NCBI GenBank assembly: GCA_900088475.1
Contig: FLMG01002090.1
Coordinates: 3,427 to 67,426, forward strand
Direction: 5' to 3'
DNA length: 64,000 nucleotides
Origin: Hyphochytrium catenoides
Taxonomy: Eukaryota > Protista > Hyphochytriomycota
The notes beneath the pieces are model-generated. The model did not search any database. It worked only from the letters and a program-made list of their open reading frames with translations, and had not been told where the DNA came from. The translations under genes and the position numbers were made by a program. Shown here one piece after another: positions 49,183 to 60,200 of the stretch (position 1 is its first letter; every line of letters begins with the position of its first letter).

Positions 49183-51138
49183 CTTGCACCAACTCTGATA
49201 CAAAAGTCGTTGATGGTGCTATTTTGATGGACCTGTGCAGTGGCTGGACAATGTGAAAGTGAGCTGCAGTCACATAGACGAGTCAGAAGTGGAGAACACG
49301 GGATGATGCGATCAGTCACCGGGCTGAGCAGAGAGAAGACAGGAGAGAGATGTCAGATGTGCTGACCTGGTGTCTGTTATAGACTTCTGTCTTGCCCTGG
49401 GAAAGAGAAACTGAGCTTGAACTCCACACCCGCGAGAGTGTCCTGCTGCTCGTCTCCCGCGCTCTTCATCAACAACCTGTCTGAGCTGCTCCTGCTCCTG
49501 CTCCTGCTTCTGCTCCTGCTGCTACTGCTGCTGCTGCGCTTGTTCATCAGAAAAATTCTGGCGCGACTTTGTCCGTGGTCTTGGTCATCCTGCTGCTCTC
49601 TCTGACATTCTGTCACTTCTTCTCTCGTCTCCTCTGGCTCGTGGGACGCTCTTGTCGCGCTCTCAAATTAGTGGACTCTTTCTCTTACGGAATATTGTGT
49701 TTTAGAGTATTTAGATATATTTCTTGCACGTCTATCTCTATCTCGTGACCATACTTGAGGGTAGCTCTCGCTTTATCTGTCTCACTCTGTCTTGTCTCCA
49801 GCTCTACTGGTTTTCCGTACGACTATGAGGAGTTCTACTCCCTGCCCCGCATCCTATTCCTACTCCGCATAGCCTGACGACCATTGTGGAAAATAGCCTC
49901 TTTCTCCAAATAATATTCCGCCTATTGTGGAGGCTGTGTTGAGGGTTGACCATCCCTCTGACATTCACTCTGCGTGCAATCCCCTTAAAACATGTCAGAA
50001 TAATATATCAACAACATGCACTCTGCCACATTCTTTGACGGAGAGCAGAATAATATTTGGAACACAGGACCATTAGGATTCACTATAACTTTAAATATGG
50101 AGATATATATCCTGAATGAAGATCTGCATTGTTCAGGTTTGTGCACAGCAGCCAGACGGCGACCTGCTGCTGGTGCGGCCTGTGTACCGCCGCAGGAGTG
50201 ATGGTCGATAGATTGATAGATAGATAATAATAGCTTGGCTGTCTGTCTGGTCAGATAAAGCAGGGAGGGCTGGCGGCGGAGGACAGGATGATGAGGGTGA
50301 TGGACACGGTAAAGGTGCCTATGATGCGTGGCCCAAGTGACAGAGCAGCTCTTCAGAAGCATGAAGAAGGTGATTGGAGAACAGCTCTTTAGCGAAGTCC
50401 AAGAAGAGGAAGAAACGTAGTAGTAGACGAAAGCATTCATCAATTATTATGGCGGCGGGGAAGAAGGAGCAGCTCACATCACGAAAGAGCAAGAGTGAGG
50501 AAGCAAGATCATCAAAGAAGAGGAGAGTTGTTTCTTCTAAGAGGAGGAGGGAGGAGGGCCACTTGGCTGCTTGCATGACTTGATAATAATAGTAATAACC
50601 GTCCATAGTTAGATATATAAGGGCAACTTATCCTCTGCAACCGCTGTCTTCCTTCTTCTAGTAGTAGCATGCCTTTGTGGAGGCAAGCGAACCGTTCTGG
50701 AGCCACATAGAAGAGCGGAAGATATGAGAGAAACGATGTGTGGCAGCAGCAGCGTTGGTGGCGAACGCCATGATCCCTTCTATCTAAGAAGAGGAAGGAC
50801 ATTATTGTAGCCAGACCAACATCATACACAGCTCAATGACTAGTAGGAAGGATCATAATAGTAGATGACGACGACCGAAGCGAACAATCCACCTACTCAT
50901 TTCATCGGATTAGCTATAAGCAACAGAGTATAGCATCATCGTACTTTTTTCTAAAGTGCCCACTGGTATTCTCCAAGTGCGGAGGGCACAATCAATGTTG
51001 AGCTCGCTTATGATAGGCAGGGGCATGTCTCTAGGCGACAGTCACCGAAATATTTTGCTTTTCGCAACTACGTCGCGTCACGTTACGACTCTGTAAGGAA
51101 GACACTAGAGTAGAAGGTAGTATAGCTCATAGTTAAAG

Positions 51139-51166
51139 TTAGGGTTAGGGTTAGGGTTAGGGTTAG
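51139..51166 (+). repeat. Interstitial telomere-like repeat (TTAGGG)4-TTAG
   Basis: ttagggttagggttagggttagggttag. Confidence 0.9.
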
Positions 51167-53451
51167 CTAAACGTACTGCCGGCGGCGGGCTGTGATATTT
51201 ATGGAGGTGATGATGAGTAACGGCGGAACGCTCTTGCCCACAACCTTTGTTTAGCCGAGAGCATATTTACTCAATGATCAGCTGGAGGAGGGATCAACAA
51301 GCAGTGGTCCTGCTGTGTTGATTGCCGACCATCTCTTGTTGCAGTGTGGACACCTTGTAACCACGGATCCAAAAATGTAGCCGTGAAGTGCAGTTATTAG
51401 CGGAGCCACTTCTTCTATCCTCCTCCTCGGTAATGATGTAAGCGTCACCCGACCAAAAGCATCATCCACCTTCACTTCGGGTCAGTCACAGCTTGGGGTT
51501 CTCTCTCTCCATCCTTATGTGTGGATGGCTCCCAGTACACTATCCAGAAGACAACAAAAGGGTTAGATTGACAGGCGAGCTTACCTAGGCGTTCCAGTAG
51601 TAGCATAGCAAAAAAAAATGGAAAGTTCAATGAGAGCATCAACATTGTAGAAGGGGAATCAGAGTCTCCGTCCTGTCAGCTGCTGAACGCAGACCTCTGC
51701 TGTACGTGCTTTGCTTTGGGTTGCTCAGCAGAAAGGACGGCTCACAAGGACGATCCATATAATATTGGAGTTGTTATTTCTCGACAACTTTGTTGGTGAT
51801 GCAGCTTCATCATCTTCTGATAATTAAGTCTATCAAGAACTTTCCTCCGAAGCAGCATGAGGCAGATGGGCTTATACTACCTGGCGGCGGTGTAGTTCAT
51901 AGGGAAGGTTCTCTCTTCGAATAGATATATCTTGGGCCAAGCGGTTTTTTGTTGATAAGGTCCCCACGTTTTCTTAGTAGCAACACAAGTCACCACAGTG
52001 CCATTTAACGCTGTACACACAAGTGTTCAGTGGATCACATCCTACTGCGCAACTCATGTAGGTTGTCAATGATGTGATTGGTGGCGGTAAGCCGGCATCC
52101 AGGAACTCGTTTTTTGGACTGGAAGCAACGTTGCATTGCCTGAAGTATTGCGAACTTTGACGGTATGAACACCTGTTTTTGATCGCGTCCACAAGCCTTC
52201 CCTCCAGATTATAGTCTGGCAGCAGCGGGCTGGCTCATTGCCTGTTTATTACATTACCTGTGTGATGGAAGGGAGGAAGACTAAGGCTGTTTCTGCGGCA
52301 TATCCTACTGAGGACAGCCCATTGACTAGCTTCTTCTGAGGCTTGCCCTCCTGCTCGAATCCTCGTTGCTTAGGTTTGCTTAGGTCGCCCCCATTGAGAC
52401 CTTGCGGAATGTTTTTTTGGGCAGCTAGTGAGAAGATGAGGACGCGGTGGGTTTTGGATAACAAGCTCCTTATGATCCATCTTCTGGGGCAAAAGACCCA
52501 CAGACGACTGGGAGTGTTTATGAAGCCATTGAGGGGCAAGAGTAATTCTTGACGGTTGCAAAGAAGTGGTAAAGGAGTCGATGTGTCTGCGACGGAGGGT
52601 CGTCAGAGGAAGAGGAAAAAAGTCAGCTGTCACATCATCCACCAGTCTTCTAGCACTTCTTAGAAGAAGAGGAGGCTAGGTCATCTGCTATCGCGTAACT
52701 CGGCAGTGGCAACAAAAAATCCCTGCAGAAAGAGAACCTAGTCAAGGATAGCAGAGGAGTTAAACGAAGCCTGGACTTTCTTATTAGGAGTTGTTGGTCT
52801 AAACTATAAAACTTCAAGGGTAACGATGATAATGATGTTTGAAAGGAGTGGTTTGATCTCTAGTAGAAGGATGATAATGAGGCGGGCTGTGTACTGATCT
52901 CTTCTTTTTATAAAATAGAACAACGTTGGAGTCCATCGAGCTTTCCTAGCGCTTCGAACCTGTCTGTGGTGGAGCGGCAGCTAGCTAGCGGTCTACGCTA
53001 AACAACCACGATGGCAGTGGTGGCTTGTGCCATCATCGATCATCAATTATCAAGATCGCGTGCGATCGTTGATGATAAACTCCTCATAATAAACAATAAG
53101 CCCACAGTCCCTGTGTAGAGCAGAGCACAACTACCGTTTCATACATTGATAGAGTTGCAGAGTTCTGATTCTAGCTACAGTACGAATAATTCGTTCCTAT
53201 TTGGTATTTGACTGCCGAATGAGGGTCCCTATCAGGCCTGTGGAAGAGGCACACATAAATCCTTGGTGTAACGGACGTTATGAGTAAGGTGGCACGGAAA
53301 GCCAGATTGGGAATAAGAGTGTTTTTCTTGCGGTTCTTAACAATTTGACTATATTGGATTGCAGATACTGACCCGCTCCGCGCTCAGTGGATCTAACTTT
53401 CGCAGGTGTGACGAGGAAGGGGAGAGAAAGAGGACGAGCAAGAAGAGGAAA

Positions 53452-53487
<36 letters not shown>

Positions 53488-54224
53488 CAATAAGAGAGAA
53501 GAGAAGAGAGCAGGAACAGACAAGAAAGAAGGGAATAGAGCACGGAGCCTCCTAGCTGAGAAGCAGGAGGAACCAGGAAGAGAAGGGAGGACAGTTAGAA
53601 GGGTGTGAGGCACTGCACAGACACTGTGGGAGGCTCAGGATCATCTTCGATCAAGGTGGCAGAACGAAGACAGAGGGAAGAATGGGAAAAGATAACGGTG
53701 GGCACCGAGAAGCCATGAGGTAAGAGAGTCAGCCGCGAAAACCCGTTGCTTCTCTCTCTAGGCTCTCAGGCTTCCGTCGCCCTCCTTTACCAAGATTATA
53801 TACCGGGCCATCACCTACCGTGATTGATTCTACTGCTGCAATGGCTGGGAAAGGAGAGCTGTAAGAAGTATGAGGACACCCATAGATGGCGAGATCCTGC
53901 ATCTTGCTCATTGCTGGGCGACAACTAGGACCTAAGAACCTGGGATGATCCTGCTACCATCATAGCGGAACGCTCCTCTCACACGCTAGTCGTCTTTGTT
54001 ACTTGGAGCTGAACTAGCAGCCCTTCAGCAAGGCTTCCCCCATGTTTCCATCTAGCAATCAATCGTCCTGTCATTCCCTCCTCATGACCAGAAGAGCCAC
54101 GGCCCTTGCGTTATCAACCGCATCATCTATAACGTATCTTGCCGTTATTATGATCGTCGCTTCCTTCTCCGGAACTATTTTTTAGACGATCTTCTGCGCC
54201 CAAGCGGCAGGGTCAAAGAGCAAT

Positions 54225-57200
54225 ATGGGCAGGGAGCGAAGAAGCTCTGGTCCTTTCCTTTCCTTCTTTACCTTTTTGATGCTCCTTGTTATAAGTGCGC
54301 GTGCCGCCTCTTCCCCTTCACCCTCAGCCCCTTTACCTATTGCCGATGAATGTGATTGTAAAGATCGCACTGCCATCACGATTCACCTCTTCCTGCCCAT
54401 CGACCCATTCGCGCCCTCTCAGGATGCTCTCTATGCCTTGCGGACTGGCTTCTTAGAGGCCACAAAACGCTCCAAAGTGCGCTCACAGCTGCACTATCCG
54501 TCCGCCACTGACTTTGTCGATCTCTATTTTAGCAACCAGACGATAGCAATGACGGGACTTCTCCATACCTTTCTACAAGGCCAAGAGGGAAGAGAAGATG
54601 AAGGAAAAACAGATTCTCTCTTGGTCTACTATATCGCAGGCGTTGATGATAGGGTAGCAGCTCTGAGAGAGAGAGGTTATCGCGTCTTTACCTTGGGTGG
54701 CGTGCCCTCGGACATGTCTCATTCGAGGGCCCTACACATCGGAATGGACGACTATGAAGCTGGTCGACTGTTGGGAGAGTCATTTGTTCATAAGAAGTGC
54801 TCCTCGAAGACCATTTGTTTTCAAGACTCTACTCATTCCGCGTCCCGTATGCGCTGTCAAGGCTTTATGGATGCTATTGCCGCTTCGGGGCCAGAGGAGA
54901 GCCCAAAAGTCGTCGTCCTGGATGGACTCTCTGTAGATGAGATGAAGAGGAAGCTGGAAGCTGGCCTCCCCGGTGCATCTGGAGTTTTCATCCAGAGTCT
55001 TCAATCCCTGAACCTCCAGAGCTGGACAGAGGTTCTCAGAGCTTTTCGGGGGCAAGGGAGTACCCTGTTCTCTCCTTCCTCCTCCCCCTCCTCTTCGTTA
55101 TCTACGCCTCCAAAATCTTCTTCCTGCGTGGGCAGTGTTGGCCATACAAGGAATGGGGAACTTTTGTTACGGGAGGGGCTCTTGGACGTCCTCTATACAG
55201 ACCAGCCGTACCTTCAGGGGTTCCTCTCTCTCTTTCTTATGACGTATTATCACACCACTGGCATGAAGCCACGGAATATCAATAGTACACTGCACGCCGG
55301 ACCTCGTCCCTCGTATCCTGGAACAGAGGCGGAAAGTGATGAGAAGGGCAGCGGTCAGAGACAGGGAAAGGGCGGAGAGATGGCAGGCAAGTGGACCAAG
55401 GAGAGCGTACGTTATCGTTTCTTGACTCATGGCAACGGTGCAGATTCTTTCTGGGCCAGTTATAAGAATGCTACACTCACCGCCGTGGAGGATATCGGTC
55501 TCCCTTTCACAGACTGCACATCCCTCTCCCTCTCTCCATCCAGTTTATCTTCTTCTCTCTCATCTTCCACGTTTCCTTCTCTCTCGAACAATGGTGCTTC
55601 TTGTACCTCGGCCTCTACGGACTCGTTTCGGTATATCTACGGCGTAGGACACAATGCTGAGCTGGAGCTGATGGGTCCCCATCTCCAGCGCTTTATAGAA
55701 GAAAATGCATCTGCTGTCATACTGTCTATCCCCTCTTTCACAGCACTAAATGCTTCCCTTCAGGCTCTTTCCCGCTCAGGAATTCCATTCTTCACAGTCA
55801 ATGCTGGAGACAAGCTAGAGTCCGCGATGGGCATCAAGCCCATACATTATATAGGCCAGGTCGAAACCTATGCGGGCTTACAGGCAGGCAGGATGATGAA
55901 GAATATAACGAAAGGAGATGCTCTTTGCCTCCTTTTTCCTGACCAAGTGAATCAGCAGGAGCGCTGTGATGGCTTCGAACGGGGCCTAGGAAGGACAGTC
56001 CATAGATTATCTTCGAGTTATGACGGGAACATTGTTCAGCAGAATCTTCTCTCCTTTCTTTCTTCTCAGTCCTCTCTCTCCTCTGACAACTCCTCGACGA
56101 ATGTATCCGTAGAGTCAATATTGGCCACATCCGGCGCTGTGTCTCTCTCTGTCCTGCATTCCCTCTCGGTCTGGGGCACATTCTCCCAATACAAAGTGGG
56201 GACTTTCGACAACATGCCTAAATTGCGTAGCTCTCTTCAGGAGAAAGAGCTATTTTTCTCCATTGATCAGCAGCAGGGCCTGCAGGCGTACAGCTCTGTC
56301 ATTCTGGCGCATTTGTATGCAATGACAGGGCAAAGGCTGGTTGACGATTCAATCTTCACAGGGCCGGCCTTCATGCTGCAGTCGGACTCCATTCAGGAAC
56401 TTGCCTGTCAGTATGAGAGGACATGCGCCTCTATAGGGCTTGCTGCTTCTCTCTCCTCTCCTCATACTTCTTCTGCCTCTCCGACGGTTGCCTCTTCCGC
56501 GTCAGTGCTCCCTTCGGCAACTGGGACGACATCTTGCAGGAAAGATTGGATTGGCGATGGCTGGTGCGATGAGGAGAATAATAAGAAAGAATGTCAGGTA
56601 CGGACACAGAAAGAAAGGGAGGAGGGGTCCAGTTGCTACGGGTCCCGGTTTGGCAATGTCCTCTCCTATGGTACTTACTTTTCTCTGCACTTACCTCCTC
56701 GGCATTCAGTGGGATGGCGGAGACTGCTGTGAGCACAGTTGTAAGAGTTCTAGCTTCCTTTGTGGCACTGACTACTTCCAGACCCTTTACAACGCATACG
56801 ACTGCAAGAAACCTCTATGCACGGCAGGACAAAGGCCAGCGGAGAGAGAAGGAGGAGGAGGAGAGATCTCGTGCGAGATATGCCCCAAATGTAAGATAAT
56901 AGATGGAGAAAGATAGCTCTGCCCGGAGAATGCAAGCTCTATCGGTGGCATATCATAACAGCTAAAAGTGGAAGCTGACGGCGCCTTCCTCTCCTCAGAT
57001 ACGTTCGGCGTTGATGGCCGTAACTGCATTGTCTGTGTGAACAATGTGCTCTCGAGGAGGGTCCAATGTATGGGAGGAGAGACTCTTCGCCCGGCTGTGG
57101 GCTTCTGGATTGACAGGCAGAGCCTGAAGGAGGAGTTAGGTGACGGCCAATCCTCCAACAGCTCGGTAGGTTCCTTCATTACTGTTTGGCTTCCTCCTTC

Positions 57201-60200
57201 TCGCGCTAAACAAGCTATGGAAAGAGGAGTCTCTGAGCTAGCCCCTGTCCATCTTCCCACTTACCAGCAAAGATGTCTAATAAATCTCTCCGCTCAGTGG
57301 CAGCCAGTCCCCTCGTTCAACGTCTAGATCCCTTTTCTCTCTAAAATGAGAGCGATTTTGCCGCAGCTTCTTAGCGCGCGGTCCATCTTGCCCGCTTCTT
57401 TGGCTTGCTAAGCATCTTCTTTCTCCTGATGTCTCCTGCTTCAGTTTCCTCCTTCTCAGGACTATTATGAGGAGATTTTGAGCCGCCATGTCTACCAATG
57501 TCACCCCAACTGGTGCACGGGTAAGTGAGGAAGGCGATGCTCTAGAAGCTTTTCACTCTCCTCTCGGCGTATCTTGCCCAGCGCCGTCTGCCTACTACAT
57601 CGCTTACAGCTATGACCTAGAAGATAGCGACCTCTTCCTATCATCTGTGCTCTGTGGTGTGTCATCACTGGCTGGAAGTCTTTGTTCTTGAGGTTACCTG
57701 CCATCTCTCTTGTTGCACTCTTCTTGGTCCTCTTGATTTTGACTCTTTTCGAACCTCCTTCCTTCTCTTCACTCCCTATCGTCGCTATTCTTCTTCAGGC
57801 CAGGCTTCCGACGCAGACGACCTCCTGCTTGGATACACTGCCAGCGGCTGCATCAAAGGGACGTTGGAAAGCTCTCCTCTTTGTATGGCTTGTGATGAGC
57901 TCCATGGGTATAGGAAGATGGGCGTGGAATGCCAAGAGCACGAAGGTGAGGGATGATAAGACGAGAACAAACAGTGAAGAGAAGGACAGCTCGTTCAGGG
58001 CGTGAGTTGAGGGAACCCAAGCGAGAGGGACTGAGAGGAGCTAACTAGGGCTTCTCGTCATGTTGCTTCGGAGGAGTGATGTGTAGAGATTCAGCTCTCT
58101 TCTTCAACGCCAGAAGTAGTGCGAACATTCTTCCAAGCTGTTAGAAAGTTGTTACATTCCCTCACCCTCAGTTGTTTCTTTTGCTTGGCTTGTACACTTC
58201 TTCTCTGAGTACTGACATTATCGATGTCTTCTCTTCTCTCCTCTTATGTGACCAGTTTGCTCTGATGTGGGTCGCCCTTACATCTTTGTGGCCTTTGTCG
58301 TTGGAGGCCTCTTTCTCTCTTTCTACGTCTTCACTTTCCAGCTACGGAAGGACCGCATCCGCGATAATGCCAAGGTCTCTATCCTTCTCTTCTTCTTGCA
58401 AGGTAAGCGCCCATTCTTCGGTTCATGAGGCTACTAAGGCGTCGTTAGATCGAAGAGAGCAATTTGCCAGTGAATAATGGAAGAACGGCAAGACGTGGAG
58501 CAACAGAGAATGAGAGACAGGAAGTAGAGACGGAAAGAGAAGGTGTAGATAGTATAGGAGAAGTTAGACAGTGAGACGGCAATGAGAGTAGAATAATAGG
58601 AAAAACGCTGGACGGAGTTATGGCAGGGCGCTGGAGAACGAAGGTCGTTAGTCCTAAGTTCGACTCTCTCACTCACTCTCTTCTTTTCTTCTGGGATCTT
58701 GGATGGTTTCTATCAGTCCAACTGAGCTTCAGCTCTGCGGTACCTTCTGCTTCCGAGGAAGGAGCGCTACGATTCCTTCGCCTCATAATGCTAGATTTGC
58801 CTCAGATCGTGATCAAGGATAAGGTACTTCTTCCAGTTTCGTCTTTCTCGTTGTCGGATTCTCTCTCTCTCTCTGTCTGTTTCCGTCTCTCTTTACTCTC
58901 TCCCTTTCTCTCTCTCTTTGTCTCTCCCCCTCTCTCTTTCTCTCTCTGCTCTCTCTGTCTCTTTCGCCTTCTCTCTCTTCCTCTCTCTCTCTTTCCTTCT
59001 CTCTCTTTCTCTCCCATTCATTCTCTCTCCTTCTCTCTCTGTCTCTCTCTCCTTCTCTCTCTGTCTCTCTCTCCTTCTCACTCTTTCCTTCCTTCTCTTT
59101 CTTTCTCTCCCATTCTTTCTCTTCTTTCTCTCCTGCTGCTCGCTACTTCGTGGTATCGCATGAAACTGCTTTCTCTCTCTGCTTTGGTAAGCCATCGTAG
59201 ACGCTCGTCTCTTTCTGTCTATTGAATTGAAATAGTCGCGCTCTACCGACATCCAACATGAGGAAGAGATCCTCTTACTTCCCTAGAGTTCTTCTCACTT
59301 CCCTCTTTTTTATTTAGCTGAGCCCTATCAACTTCTCTCGCTCCCTCTTACTTTCCTCGTTAGGGTTGCAGCCCCTTTGGGTATGGCACGCTTGTGGTTC
59401 ATCTGGGCCTGCGCTCTCTTTGCGTTCTGTATTTCCTTCTCGTCATCCTCTTCACCTGCGGACTGTACGCCGTGAAAGAAGGAAGAAAGGTACAACGCTG
59501 GCGGAGGACGCCACACAGTGAGCGGAAGAACACATTGATCGCACTGTAAGCGGACAATGACTCTTTCTTCTTGTCATTCCTTGCATCATTTCTTCATTCT
59601 CTCTCCTCTCTCTCTCGTCCCTCTTTCTTTCCGCGTTACTCTTTTTTCAAGCCATGGTCTCCGCCTCATGGTCTCCTTTACATTCTTCCTGCTATTATCT
59701 GTATACTCTGGCACTGTCCACATCGACTCTGTCTTCCCACAAAGAGATCCGCTGATGCCCTCTCTTGCAGCTTGCTATCAGTGCCTCTGGAGGGCAGAGT
59801 TAGAGACAAACTTCTCCTCAAGGTAAGCGCAACCACCAAGGCACAGACTCGCGGCAGATGGAGAACGGCAGACGAAGACATACCGACACACACAGAGAAA
59901 GAGAGAGACAAAGAGAAAGAGAGGGGAGGAAAAGAAAGGGAGAAGAAGAAGTGGAGGAATGGCAAGGAGATGTAAAAGCGAAAGATGACCACCACATTAT
60001 CTGTCTCTCTTTCGCTGTCATCCGCCTCATCTCCTCCCCTAACCATTTTTTGCTTCTCATGTCCTTTCCTTCCTCTATGAGCCTTCTCCTACCTTCCGTT
60101 TCCCCTTACGATCAAGCTTTCCTCTCTTCTCCGTTTCCGGGTCTCTAATCACTCTTGTCCTCCGTGCTGACTCTCCCTCCTTTGGCTGATCAAAATGACA

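Noticed and set aside
51278-52642. Broken ORFs next to the telomeric tract as a transposase or RT relic
   Set aside because: No DDE, RT, Rep or helicase motif was recognisable.
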